A DNA stretch of 64,000 nucleotides from contig QPGO01000033.1 of NCBI GenBank assembly GCA_008632985.1, positions 372,001-436,000 of the forward strand. Reading direction: 5' to 3'. Below, piece by piece: positions 48,592-62,800 of this stretch. Source of the stretch: Psammoneis japonica. Lineage: Eukaryota. The translations under genes and the position numbers were made by a program. The notes beneath the pieces were generated by a model, which saw only the letters and a list, made by a program, of their open reading frames with translations, had not been told where the DNA came from and did no database searches. Every line of letters starts with the position of its first letter. Position 1 is the first letter of the stretch.

Positions 48592-49139
48592 GGTGACTGT
48601 TTCTTTTAGGCGAATCTTCAAACAAGAAACCGAAAGACCCGATTGCCAAAATTGTGAGAAGTTGGAAGGAGAGAAATAGTTTGGAACATCCGATCCAACG
48701 GTAGGAGTCCATTTCGATCAGTTCATTACGATCGTGAACACGTCAGCGTGGCGTGAGTTACAGCATTCTTAGCGTGATACTGTTTCCGGGACTCTAGCGT
48801 TTTGTGGTACAGTCTCTGTCGCCACTTAGATAACCACACGTAACAAACGCAAATTACAAGATACACAGAAACTTCTTTTGATTTGTGTTGACAGAAAGAA
48901 TTTCCTAGACTAGCACTTTTAACAAATTCATTCGTTCTTGACTGGTTTTTACAACTGCAGACTTTCTCATCTAATTTTTTTTTTAGAATATTATTTTGCG
49001 TGGGAAGTGCTGACCAAACTGCCAGCACACAATCGCAGGATTCCTCTCCTCTACTGTACGATGATTTATGCAGAATGCGTAGAGAAACCAGTGCGCAGGA
49101 TTGCGTGTAGGATTTGCACTTAATTTTCTTAAAACCACC

Positions 49140-52100
49140 TTCATCCACGAATCATCCCTCCACCACCACGACAAATCACCGTGTCATCGCCAATGCTTCA
49201 TTGCATCCGGTTCTTTTCTGCATCTCTGCTGCTGTGTCCAGCTCTTGTCAAGTTGTTGCTGTTGTTGAGCCCGTTGTGCGAGTTTTTGCAAGCTGGCAAT
49301 TTCGCTGTGCTTGCAAACAAGCAAAAGCTTGTTGCTGGCCACACTCTGCTTTCTGACTGTTGTTGCATTTGGAAACAGAGCTGCCAAAACTAATGCTGCT
49401 GATCTCCTGTCAAGATGTTGACATCATTTTTGGTTTGCAGACTTGGCAACCTTTGTTTGGGGGGGTGCACTTTGGGTGCTGACATGTCAACAGCGGCAAA
49501 TGCATCATGGCTGGGAGATCATGGCTGATTTTGTTCTGGTTGAGACAACCTGTCATGCTGTTGTTTGGTGTCTGACATTTTTGAGCACAGCTGCCAAAAC
49601 AGATGCCACTGATCTCTTGACAATGGGGCCAAGCTCCTCTTCATTGTCTTTGGCTTGCAGACTTGGCAACCTTTTTGGCGTGCACTTGCAAGTGCAATTT
49701 GCTGGCTGAACTTTTGTTTGCACATGCAAGATGTTGTCACTTAATTGGCCAGTTTGCTCAGCTAAAAAGTCAGTGCCCAAGACAATGAGTTGCAGCAGCA
49801 TTCAGACAAAGCTTCATGGTTGGACTCTTTGAAGCCACCGAAGTCATGCTGGCTGCTGAGCTGGATGATGGTTGCTTGGAAGCAGCCAAACTTTCCATTT
49901 TGGTGAAGTGACAAAGATCCTCAATCTGCAACCTTGTGTGCTCTTTCTTTTGCAGTCTTGTGTCAACACTCATGACCAAGGTTGAGCCTTTGCCAGCTGT
50001 TTGCTGGAAGAAGCAGTGCTGGAAGCAGTGACACAAGCAATGTGCAAGTGTGCCTGGGGTGCTTGCAACTCTCCAGCAGCAGCTTTGCTCTGTCAAGGCA
50101 CCATCTTGCCAACTCATGATTGCATGCTCTCTTCTCAGAAGCAATGGATTTGATCATTTGCTGCACTGCATTTGCTGTGCAGGATTGGTCAATGTGAAAG
50201 CAGCTCAGTTGCAGCTGCAGCTTTTTGCTCTTGGTGACATTCATCTAAAGATTTGTGGCTGCAGTGGTTGGCTGGAACAGATGCTGTCAGAAATGCTCTT
50301 GCTTTCTGTCTTCATGGGGTTTGCAAGATGCAATTGGATTTTGCACAGAAAACGCTCTGCAGACCTTTGCTTTTTTTTGCTCCAGCTTGCACTTCTATCT
50401 TGCCATGAGCAAATCTTGTGCAACATGTCCTTTTTGCTTTCAACTGGCTGCAGACCCAAACAACCTCTTGCTCCAGGAAAGCACTCGGTCATGGAGGATG
50501 CCTTGGTGGGTTGATCATCAGCCCAGTCAATTGCAGCTGCTCTTTGAAAGCCTGGCCATGGCTGCCACAACTTTGGGCGCACAAGCACACAATGCTTGAG
50601 CAAGAGAAAATGTCTGGACAAGCAACAATGGACTTTCTTTGTGAATGAATGACTGTCAATTCAACAAAAGAAGAGAGTTCATTCCTGCTGGTTGCATCAA
50701 GTCTTTTGCATCATTGGTGCTGCAATGTCAAGAGACTTGTCATGCTTGTTCACAGCAAGTTTGCCAGCCAAGCACTGCAGTGATGCAGGCACCAGAAAGT
50801 TGGAGATTCTGAAAAAAGTTTCTTGTGTCTCTTCCTCTCTTGGAGCAAGAGAACAGTGGCCAAGCTTGGCTGGGATGATGAGTTGCAGCAAAGCAGCACT
50901 CAGAAAAATGTGTCTGCAGCATGCACCAAGAATTCTGCAGCCCGCTCCAGTCAGCCCCACTTGTTGTCCATCCCTCCCCAGTTCTTAAAGACAGGGACAT
51001 TCATCAGATCTCTGAGCATCAGAGCAAATTGCTTGTCTTCCTCTGATTCATGAGAGCAGTCTGATTTGGAAGAGACCAGTTGACAAAAGGTGGGGCAGAC
51101 CACCACTCTGACACACAATCTGCAATTGAGCTCTAAAGTGCTGATGATGACTTGGGATTTGTTGACCCAGTTGTGCAGCATTTTGGGGAGACAAGTTGAC
51201 AGCCTTGTGACTTCTTTGTGGTTGACTTGCTTTTGCAACATGCAATGTCAGCAAATGAGGATGGAGCTGTGGTGTCAGGTGCACTCAAGTTCAAAGAGCC
51301 TGAGGATGACAGGAAAACTCTGACAAGCCAATCACACTCAGCTGCAGCAGAGGTGTTTGTGGCCACAATGACAACAACAAGAGCATTGCTGCAGGTTCTG
51401 GAGGGCCTGCAGGTTCAACCTGAGAAGCATTGTTTCTGACTCAGCTGCCTGGCAATGAAGGCAGGTTTCTTTGGAGTGGAGGGGTGGAATCGCAAAAAGG
51501 TCCAGCTCTGACTTGGGAGAACCCAGTTGCAGACTTCATTGCCAAAGAGCCACCAAGAAAAGGCAGAGAGAGGAGATGAAGAGAGACAAAAACCCATTGG
51601 CACATTTCACACAGCAGCTCCAAAGACATGCTCATTGACCTGGGGCTCCCAACAGAGTGAGATGTGCAAAATGAAGCAGGAGCATCTCCATGCCCCACAT
51701 GAACAACACCATCCCATTTTTTGCTCAGCAACCCCAGCTGTTCAATTGCTGCTTGTGTCATTGTTGTTGTTGTTGTCAACCACCCAACACTGCACACTTT
51801 GGTTGCATCAAGAGAGATGTTGTCATCAATTGCTGATGCCAAAACACACAGAGAGACAGTCTTGACAACAGCACAGATGTCTGTGATGGTGAGAGAGACA
51901 GAGACATGCAAAAGTGAGCAAACCAGTTGCCTTGCAGGGAGACATTGTTTGCTGTGTCCCCAACAATTTTTTTCTTCTTGGACATGAACTTTTTTGTGAC
52001 TTCTGGCAAATGCCCACCAGCTTGGTGGGCAAGTTTCAAGCACATTTCACATGGTGCAAACATGCAGATTTCTGCTTTGGCAATGCACAGAAATGCAGCT

Positions 52101-55100
52101 TTCGCCCACGCTGCACAATTGCGGTGCTGAGTTGTGTGCAGCACGCCAGTTTTTTTTTTTTTTGCAAATCTGTGCATCATTTTGCACAGGGTGCACAAGC
52201 ACCTGCTGCAAGTGGCAGTGTGCTCAAATCTGCACAGGCAACTGCTGTGGGTGCTTGCCCACATGCATGCCACAGTGACGCTGGGCCCACAGAACTCCAC
52301 ACATGAGGAGCTCTGCACTGAAATCAAAAGGTGATGAACAACTGATGGTCACCAAGAAAAAAGGCCTTTTTGCATGCAACAGCGCAAACTCATCCATGCT
52401 TGAAGTGTGTGCCTTGGTGTTTTCTGCAGACATCAAAGAAATTCCCAGCCTGGCTTTTGCCATCAGAAATGGGCAAAATGAAAATTCTTTGGTTTCAAAA
52501 CACAAAAATTTTTGCAAAAGAGTGCACAAAGACATGCGCGTGCATGACATGCAGCCCATGATCAAAAATGTTCTGTCACAGTCCCACAACATGCCCGCCA
52601 ATTTGGTGCACTCCCCTGAGACCAAAAGCAAAAGCACAAAAACAAAAAACGAAACATTGCAGTTGTTCTGCAACTCTCTTGTGCTTGAAAACAACATTGT
52701 CCACCAAATGAAGCCACATTGTTGCATGGCTGCCCCTTTCAACCACACTTTTGAGTCCAAAATTGATGTCCCCACTCAATTTGCATTTGCTTTGCAACAC
52801 CAACAACAGTCACCTCAGAGTGGTGCAAACAAACCCTTGCTTGCCATCCGCACTTGTTCATTGTCTTTTGTTTTGTTGGTGCTTCAAAACATTGGCCATC
52901 TCTTGATCACTTGCTTTCTTCATGAGACACACAAAAGAATTGCCACAAAGGGCAAAAAACTGCTGTCGTGTGATCTGCACTCTCTCACACATCATTGTGT
53001 TCACGCAGATTTTTTGAAAACAAACAACACTGAATGCCCAATCTTTGTTGGGTGGCAAAAAGAGATTGATGACAAGCACATTGATTGTTCTGTCAGACAT
53101 GTGCAGAAGGAACTTGTTTGCAGATTGAGCCACACACCAACTTCTGCATGGAATGACAGGTGCTTTTTTGTGCAAGTTCCTGTGGATGTGTTGCGCGGCT
53201 GTTTTTGACAATTTTTTGTCATCTTTGCAGCTGCAGAACTGATGCCACACATGGGCAATGCAAAGTGAGCATGACATGCATCATGATTTTGATGTGTTTC
53301 AGCCCCCAGGTGGCAGGGCTCATGTTGCACACAACACCAGGCCTGCAAACAGAATGAACTGCAATGGCACAACCATCTGTCAGGAGCATGCAACATTTTG
53401 CTGTTGCACATTGACCATGGCCAGCGAGATCAAGGGAGTCAGGTTGTTCTTTTGGCTCAGACAGGCTCTCAATGTGTGGCACATGCTGTGGCACATTGGA
53501 TGACAGTGGGAGCAAGTGAGTGCATGTGCATGATGGGAAATCCAAGGAAGAGCTGAGGGAGTGGAGGCACATTCCACAGTGAAGCAAATGGCTGGGAAAA
53601 AACAAAAATTAAAAAAGAACCAAGGTCAGAACAAACAAGGACTCAAAAGGTGCCAAAAATTGGGAAAGGAGACACACAAGAGAAGGACGAACAAGGATGC
53701 TGAGCAATGTGATGAAATGTGGTCCAAGCAATTCTGGGATGATTGTGTTGACTGCAAAGAAGTCCTCTGGATGGATGGGGGATGGGCAATGTGATGTTGA
53801 TGGAAGCCGATGACAGCGACAATGAACAGAGGAGAGTTGTGGTTTGCAGATGCACTGCAAACAGCAGTGCAATGGTCATCTGGTCAGCCAAAAAGACAAT
53901 TGAGTGAGAAAGCAAAAGCACACATCAAAAGCATGATGAAACAAAAATTTGCTGCAAAATGAGAGTGCATCTTGGTGATTTGTGTGCTGTGACAGCAGGA
54001 AATGAAAGGCACAGCTGCGTGAACAATCTGGCATCATGAGATGACAAACAACCACCAATGATTGCCAAAGGGGAAGAAGTGATTTTTCATGCAAGTGAAC
54101 AAAGTCATCCATGATTGAAATGTGCACATTGTTTTTGGTGTGCATGGGTGTTTTCTGCAGATGTCAAAGAAAAAATGCCTCTCACACTGGCTTTGCTGTC
54201 AGAAATTGCCCCAAAAAATTTTTTGACCGTGCAAAAGAAGCTGTGTGAAACAATTTTGTCTGAGAGCACAAACAGAAAAGCAGCCCATGATTAAAAAATG
54301 TCCTGTCACAGCCCCGCACTGTCGCGCAAGGTCTCAACAACCAACAGAGCTGGAGCACCGCTGCAGTGGTTTAAAAAGAAAAACACCTGAATTTGGCAAT
54401 GTGTTGCAACCTCTGATGAAGGCAAGGACAGCTTTGTCAGATGGCACAAGTTGCACGGCATGAACCAAGCTGATCATTTTCACATTGGGCATGAAGCTGT
54501 CCCATGCACGAGAGCACCTTCTTGGCACAACAACAGCCACAGCAGCAGGTGCACAAACCACCTCTGTGTGCATGCGTCTCTCAGGACAACCAGCACAACT
54601 TCTGAGTTTTGAAGTGCATCAACAAAGAAGCTTGCACCAACATCCATGTGTCCCCAGTCCAGCCTTCAACATCAAGGAGGCCACCATCATTCACACAAAT
54701 CAAATGAATTGTGGTGGCATGATGAATGCGTGCATGGTCAGCAAGCCACAATGTCTTGCTGTTGCGCGCTCATTGTGGCTCAGCAACGCAAAGGGTGCCA
54801 GGTTGTTCTTTGGGCTTGGGTTTGTCCCAGAAAGAAGTCAACAAGTGTGCATCATGCACACATCACAGACCGCCCCAACTGACCCTTTGTGCTCAACTGC
54901 AGCAGCGCATGCAAAGACAATTTGAAATGAAAAACAGTCATTTTTGGGGCATGTCAACTTGATTGTGCATTGTCAAGGTCAGTTGCACCTCATTTCTCAT
55001 GTCTTTTTTCTCATTGTCAGTGCTTTCACCATGGTCTGTTGTTTTTCTGATTCAGACTCTGATGACAACTCTGTTCACTCCAACAAATTTTTGCGCTGCC

Positions 55101-56500
55101 CCAGCAGTGATGAGGACCCATCCAGAATGCCACTGCTGTTGCTGCTGCCTTGCATCAGTGTGCAGCAAACAAAGAAAACCAATGCAACAGCACAGGAGCA
55201 GATGGCTGGCACCATGTTGGTGACAACCCAAATCTTCAGATGATGAAAACAAACCCACGATTGCCACCGCTGCAAATGCACACCACACCACTGTTGCTGC
55301 TGCCTTGCATCAGCATGCAGCAGACCAAGAAAACCAACACATCAACACAGGAGACAGGTGGCATCAAGACAAGGACAACTTGTTTGATGCAGACAAGGAA
55401 GAGAGTGACAACAATGAGCCTCCTCTCTGTGCAACCAGAACAAGGTGCATGAGATGCTTGAAGTTGTTGATGCAGTGTTGTTGGCACGACATTTGTGGGG
55501 TTGGAGTTGGACCAAGTGGAGCAGCCCTGTCCTCTTGATGTGACTTCCCACTCAAACAACAAGAAGAGAACCCTGCTCACTTTTTCAGCAAGGGTGCCAG
55601 GCAGAATGCACTTTGTTTTTTTGCAAGGTTTGGAGGGTGTTCCAAGTTGTGCTGGGTGTTCCAAGTTGTGCTGCCAGCACCATTGGACAAGCAGCCCCTG
55701 CAACAAGCTTGCATGATCTTCACTGATGGTGATTCCCAAGAAATCAAAGAGCTGTGTGGTGCCATGTGCAGGCACATGCCTTCAACCCACCAAGCCAGAT
55801 GCAGGAGGCACAATTTTTGCAAAAGCTGGATGATGCACTGCCCCAGAGAAAAAGCATTGTGCCCCCCAATTGCAAAAGCTTCAAGCTCCAAGTTGCCGTG
55901 ATTGAGGCATGGTTGCACTCATTGATGCATCGGGGTGGGTGCAAGAACAAGGAGGAGATGATGGTGTCCAAGCAGGCATTGCTGCCAATGTTTCTTCATT
56001 CTTTGCTGGTTCTCCAGGTGTGAGGGAGTCAAGTCAACATCACTTGCATGTTCAAATTCATCCAAGGCAAAGTCTTCAACAAAGAAGCCAGCTGCACTTG
56101 TTGCCAAAAGAAGTGGGTGCATTGCTGCAAAGAAGCCAACAACTCAAGCCAAAGGAGCCAACTTTGGCATGAAAAATCATGTGGCCCCAGTGCTGCTGTC
56201 ACAAAGCCTGGCCACCAGTGAAAAAAATCTTGCAATGCAGTTGGGTGCAAAGGTTGTGGAGTTGATGCATCAGCCAAGCTGCAAAACAAACACACGGTGC
56301 CTGTGGTCAAAGCTGCCAATGGCGAATCACGTTCTCGCCAAGTGCATTGGAAGTTGCTTGCAAACAAACCAATGAGGAAGGAGACAAATGACAAGGTGCT
56401 CTTGAACAAGATCTCAAAGAAGAAGAAAGCAACAATGCCAAGGCCAGCAACCCACACTTCAAGTGCAACATCCCCAAGCGCCAATGACGCGTTCCAGCCC
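49140..56500. mobile_element. CpG/TpA-depleted degenerate block D (nested TE remnants)
   Basis: CG and TA are near-absent. Internal diverged duplications at ~49380/49590, ~52330/54050 and ~55130/55290. Confidence 0.75.
55490..56400 (+). mobile_element. MULE (Mutator-like) transposase remnant
   Basis: Fragments LDVTSHSNNKKRTLLTFSAR, WVFQVVLP...MIFTDGDSQEIKEL...RCRRH and EANNSS...NFGMK match the MULE D..D..CxxH..E layout once TG/CA are back-mutated. Confidence 0.65.
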
Positions 56501-56746
56501 TAGGTGGGACTCCGTGTGACATTGGGCCCGTAGAATTCTACGTGCGAGCTCCGTAGTACGAGAATTTAATCGATGGATATATTTATCTTCAACATCAAAT
56601 AAACGGCCAAGTTTGTGGTACAATTATGCCTCTTACCACTCGACGTTTTTGCAACTTCGCCTGCCCTACGCGATTCTTAAGACATTAAAGAATCGCGCTG
56701 TAACAAAAAATGTCAAAAGTTGTTGGACGGATCGCTCAATAAGTGT

Positions 56747-56747
56747 N
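56747..56747. other. Ambiguous base / probable contig join
   Basis: Single 'n'; composition switches abruptly from normal to CpG/TpA-depleted exactly here. Confidence 0.8.
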
Positions 56748-57998
56748 TTGAAGGCTTGCTGGAAAATGATGCAAAGGGCCATGCATGGCAGATCATTTTG
56801 ATCCATCTGTTGTCCCTGACAACCCCACAACCATGAGAGAGGACATTTTTGAGAGACTGGGTGATGCCATGTTGTTGTTGACAAACTTGCTCCCTGGGAC
56901 AAGCTGAGCAAGCTGTTGAATCCACCATGCCCTTGATGAACACTGCTGCTGCCAGCTTTTCACAGATTTCAAATGTCAACATGCAAAACAATGAGGATGA
57001 TGGGACCAACCTTGGGTTCAGATTCCTGGATGATGCATGCCAAGATGGCTGTGACTTGTGGGCAAACAACATGAGAGTGACAAGCTGCAGGCAGTCGCCA
57101 ATGATCAAAACCCTTGCAACACATCAGCTGGTTGCACGGCAAATCAACCACAACTGTTTTGTGGTCAATTGATGCAAAACAACAATGGCTTGCACTTTCG
57201 TCTAAAAATCACCCATTGCGAGGTCAGAACACCAACAATACTGTTTGTTTTGCTGCTTTTGGCATGTCTGTTCCCAATCTTGGCACTGTCTGATGGCAAC
57301 ACTTGATCACCACGCAAACATGCATTGTCAATGCATCCCATCACCAACCTCTCTTTCATTTTCTGTTGTTGCACCTGAGCCCAAGCACTTCAAACCCAGG
57401 ACTTTCTGAGACATTCTCTTCTTTGCCCAGCAGCATGAGATCACAGCACCATTCCCAAAGATGTGCCAACATGTCAAGCTGCATGTTGTCAAGTGTGCAT
57501 CGCCCTTGCGTCCACAAAGAAATTTCATTGTGTCTTCACTCCAACAAAAACAGTCAAGCAATGTCTGCTTCTCCTCTTTCCTGTCAAATTCCATGCCACA
57601 GCACATCTGAAGATCATTGTGGCACCCCCCTCACACATCCAAGAGTTTGAGCAGCACTCTTTTGGGGACACCCACAGCAGCAGAACTTGGAACTCTGCAT
57701 CTCATCCACCTTGTTTGCATTTTCCCAGTGTTGGCCACCACAGACGCGAAAGCAGGGTTTTCCATTGCTGGACACTTTGCCACTCCAGATCCAGCAGCCC
57801 TTGGTGTTGTCACAGCACAGGTGGCAACCCTCAAGTTCATTCAATGGAGCAGTGATCATTTGGAAAATTTCTGCAATGGGAATCTTGAGTGAGCAACATT
57901 TGATGTCCATGCAATCAAGATCATCCGCGACATGTCCTGCAAGAGAAAATGCAGCAGCCATGAGCAGAAGGCTGTTGGATGCAAACACCAGCATTTGA

Positions 57999-59836
57999 TG
58001 GTTCTCTTTCTTCTTTTCTGCCCACTTTGCAATGAGACAATCAAGTCCAGTCTCCAGCATGGGAAGCAACTTGTCAGCACCTTCCTTCATTTCATCAGTG
58101 ACATCCAAGTTGAGGGGTGCACCCTTTGGTCTAGAAAAGATGTGCGGCACCAGCCCAAGCTGGAGAGGTGTTCAGAAGGCTTCTTTCAAACTGCCAAGGA
58201 AAATGCAGAGGTTGTCGGGGCTGTCACTGTGAACATTGGATCAGGCAACAAATCAAAATCTGACAGCTCAGGTTCTTTTGGCAAAATGCCAGCTGCAAAA
58301 GCAAAGACAAGCAGAGCTCCAAGGCCACCGCTGTTCAAAGGATTGTTGTCAACCTTGCAAGTTGAACAAACACCAGCATCCTTCACTGGATTGACAAGTT
58401 TCCAACTCCATTCCTCCTTTTCCTTGGCACCTTCAAAAGCAAAAACAACAGCGTCATTGGTCAACAACAGAAGATTGGGGTTCACAGGAAATGCTGCCTC
58501 CAGCACGCTCCAAGCTTGTTTCACAAACTCAACCATTTCCTTTGCTTCATCACTGAGCTTGGACTTGTCACAATGCTCCCACCCTCTTTGGGGTTGGGCT
58601 TCTCAATGAAATGTGTTTGATGGCTCTCTTTCTTCTTTTCTGCCTGCTTTGCAATGAGACAATCAAGTCCAGTCTCCAGCATGGGAAGCAACTTGTCAGC
58701 ACCTTCCTTCATTTTGTCAGTGACACCCAAGTTGAGGGGTGCACCCTTTGGTCTAGAAAAGATGTTGCGGCACCAGCCCAAGCTGGAGAGGTGTTCAGAA
58801 GGCTTCTTTCAAACCACCAAGAACAATGCAGAGGTTGTTGGGGCTGTCACTGTGAACATTGGATCAGGCAACAAATCAAAATCTGACAGCTCACATTCTT
58901 TTGGCAAAATGCCAGCTGCAAAAGCAAAGACAAGCAGAGCTCCAAGGCCACCACTGTTCAAAGGATTGTTGTCAACCTTGCAAGTTGAACAAACACCAGC
59001 ATCCTTCACTGGATTGACAAGTTTCCAACTCCATTCCTCCTTTTCCTTGGCACCTTCAAAAGCAAAAACAACAGCGTCATTGGTCAACAACAGAAGATTG
59101 GGGTTCACAGGAAATGCTGCCTCCAACATTTCCAAGCTTGTTTCACAAACTCAACCATTTCCTTTGCTTCATCACTGAGCTTGGACTTGTCACAATGCTC
59201 CCACCCTCTTTGGGGTTGGGCTTCTCAATGAAATGCATTCGATGGCTCTCTTTCTTCTTTTCTGCCTGCTTTGCAATGAGACAATCAAGTCCAGTCTCCA
59301 GCATGGGAAGCAACTTGTCAGCACCTTTGTTCATTTCATCAGTGACACCCAAGTTGGAGGGTGCACCCTTTGGTCTAGAAAGGATGTTGCGGCACCAGCC
59401 CAAGTTGGAGAGGTGTTCAGAGGGTTTCTTTCAAACCACCAAGAACAATGCAGAGGTTGTTGGGGCTGTCGCTGTGAATGTTGGATTGGGCAACAAATCA
59501 AAATCTGACAGCTCAGGTTCTTTTTGGCAAAATGACAGCTGCTGAAGCAAAGGCAAGCCAAGCTCTGAGGCCACGCTGCTCCTCAAAGGATTGTTGTTGA
59601 CCTTTCAGGTTGAACAAACACCAGCATCCTTTGCTGGATTGACAAGTTTCCAACTCCTTTCTTCCTTTTCCTTGGTGCCTTCAAAAGCAAAAACAGAAGA
59701 TTGGGATTTGCAGGAAATCTGCCTCTGACATGTTCCAAGCTTGTTCACAAACTCAGCCATTTCCTTTGCTTCATCACTGAGCTTGAACTTGTCACAATGC
59801 TGCCACCCTCTTTGGGGTTGGGCCCTTCAATGAAGT
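57999..59836 (+). repeat. Tandem triplication of a ~622-bp unit
   Basis: ctctttcttcttttctgcc...gcaatgagacaatcaagtccagtctccagcatgggaagc recurs at ~58004, 58626 and 59248. Confidence 0.92.
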
Positions 59837-62800
59837 GTGCATCAAGCGGTGCATTTTGACATGTTGGTGCCATTTGAATCAAGTTCATGCTGACAAAGCG
59901 TGTCTCCATCTGACTTGTTGTTTTCCTGTCTGTCAACAAGCACTGCACACCCTTTTTCACAGCATGCAAAATCAATTGAACTTTGGCAGCAGCATCTGAG
60001 TTTTTTTTGCACTGCTGTGCTCTTCCATGGCTTCTTCTGCTTCAGAAAGACCAAACAATTTTCCACCGGCAGCCTCAACCTTGTCAGCGAACATGGCCTG
60101 GGCAGTGGCATGGATCATCACTCATCAGGCAGGGTCAACCAACGTGTCCTGCAGGTCCTCTCCTTGGCAGCTTGCAGATGTTTGAGATGTCAAAGTGTGG
60201 ACACCACTTTGACTGAACAGAATGCTTTGCAGCCTTCCTTCTTTCTTTGCTTTTTTTGGGGTGACAAGTCTTGTTTCATCCAACCAATGGATTTGTTGGC
60301 AGGGTCAGGGACAGGCAGACCAGAGTTGACAGCTTTTGGTGGAGTGTCGAGCTTTGCCCTTTTCAATTGTCTCACTTCAACATTTGGATCATTTTGTTTC
60401 AACACTGTCACTTTCTTTGCACTCTTGGGGGGTGCTCTTGCAAAGGACTTTAGCTGCCAAAGAGGGTCTGGGGGTGGGTTCTCATGATGCTCCTCTGCTT
60501 TCACCGAGTTGTGCAACCTTGACACATGTTTAACAAACCCAAATTCTGAGTCATTGAAGCACTTCGCACCAATGAAAATGAAACAAAAACCATCAAAAGA
60601 CATGCAAGATCAAGACCAATGGCCAAGTGACAATCAAGAGATGCGCCCTTTTTCACACAATTCTGACATGGTGTGAAGGCACCATCGTGGGTCACGACAC
60701 GCATGGCATCAGTTCATTTGGTGTCTTGCAAGCAGAGGTGATTGATTGGCAATGGATTGACCATTGTTGATTGTTGGCAGTTCAGCGGCATGCAAAAAGT
60801 CTTTTGTTCGCGTTTCCCATGCATGGAACAAAAAAGTGGCCAATTTGTCATTGTGGTCAATTTTCCATGCAACCAGTCAGTGCCAAGGACAAACACCCTG
60901 TTTGGTTTGTTCGAGTCTGAAGATGTTGCAAGCACAGATCCTCCAGACATGCAACCTTTGGTTGTCAGAGCAGATGAGATGATTGCAGAGACAGAGGAAA
61001 GCTCCACTCACTCTGTGTTGGCTGATGGGACCATCAGCTGACCATGATGAAGCAGTGCCTTGTTGGGTGTCCAATTGCAGCAAGAGGGAAACCAAGCATC
61101 AGCGCACCCACACATGTCACAACGGTGTGCACAAATGGTGGCAATGAATGTTCAGCAACAATGCAAATCATTGTGCATTGTGCAAACTTCAATGCACAGC
61201 TCAGCTGATGTCTGGACCTGATGTGATGATCAGGTCTAACACCGGCTGCATTGTGCAGCACTTTTTGTGCCAAGTCAATGCTCTCTTGACCAAGCGGCAC
61301 TGGCAGGTTCACTGGGCAGTTCACCCAAAACTGATGCTTGGGAGTCATGAGTTCAGGGGGGAACTCAAGCAACTTCAAACAGTCAATGCTGGGCAAGGAG
61401 CACAGTCTCAAGTCTGCTTTTGTCTTGACACATCAAGCAACCTCACCCCATTCTTCCAACATCCTGCTGCACAGAATTTGCTTGATGTGCTCAAACATGG
61501 GAGAGTCCCCAAACACCAGCACATTGTAAAACTCACACATTTTGTGATTGTCTTGTTTCTTCTCCTTGCAGATGAACAACTCAAACCACCTCTCTCTGCA
61601 CACTGAGTGTGCAAATGTGCATGTGCAAATGACAACACACAATTTGTGCACCTCTGTCTCTGCAGTGGTCAGCCAAGCCGTGTTCTGTTTTCAGATGATG
61701 AAGAAATGTCTTGCCAAAGGTTTGCACACTGTGGGTTTGCTGTCCAAACAGTTGGTCACAGGCAGCTCATGGTTGACAGCTGCTGTGAAGGCATTGCCTG
61801 GTTTGACAACAGCCTGTGTGTTGCCATCCAGGATGGCAGGAAGAAACCAATTGTCCCCTTCTGACCAATGTCATGAGCACCGGTCAAATTGCCAGATTGC
61901 TCCACATTGTCATTCAGCAGGCCAAATGAGGATTTGTGAGCCTTTTGATTTGGTCCATCTGGTTGGGAGTGGCTTCAACAAAATCTTTTCCGGAGGTGTG
62001 TGCACGCTGCACACCGCCACCTGAGCACAGGTTTCCAAGGTCCAATCATCTTCAGGCATGACATCAGTGTCCGGTTTGAGTGCATTGCAGAAGCAATGAA
62101 AGTCTTCTTGTCTGCCATGCTCGTGCTTGTGCAAATGGAACAAGTGGACAAACATCTTGGCCAAGTGACGCCCAATCAGCTTGTCAACCATGTTGCAGCA
62201 CAGCCTTTTGCAATGGCCCACCAACAGCAGCAGCATTCGGGCAGTGACACCCAAAAAACAAGGACCTGGTGCACATGCGTGCATTGCACACTGCACCAAA
62301 ACCAGCTCAAGATGGTTGAGCCAAAGTGTCAAAGCAAGACAAAGGCACAGGCAACCATGTGGCTTGCTCACCTTTGCTCAATGTGTTGCCAAGGCAGCGA
62401 CAAGACACATCAAATCACTGGTGGTTGCTGACACATCTGCCCAGAATGTTGTCGCAGGCATCTTTTTTTTATCACATCATTGCAGACACATCAAATTGCT
62501 GGTGGTTGCTGACACATCTGTCTAGAATGTTGTTGCAGGCATCTTGTTTTTTCATCACATCATTGCAGACCTTGCACATCTGGCAGTCAATGGCACATGT
62601 TGTTTCAACCTTCCATTTTCGGGGTCTTGTTCCAGACTGGACAGGCTGACCACTTGGCTGTTGTGCCATTTTTGGCATCATCATGATGCTTGCAATTGTG
62701 GCCTGGAACTTCAAACATCTCACTTGGACATCCAACATTCTGCATTGTCTTGGGGTCCAGAGTGTTTCCAAATTTGGAGCTGCAATCAGGGTGAGTGGGA

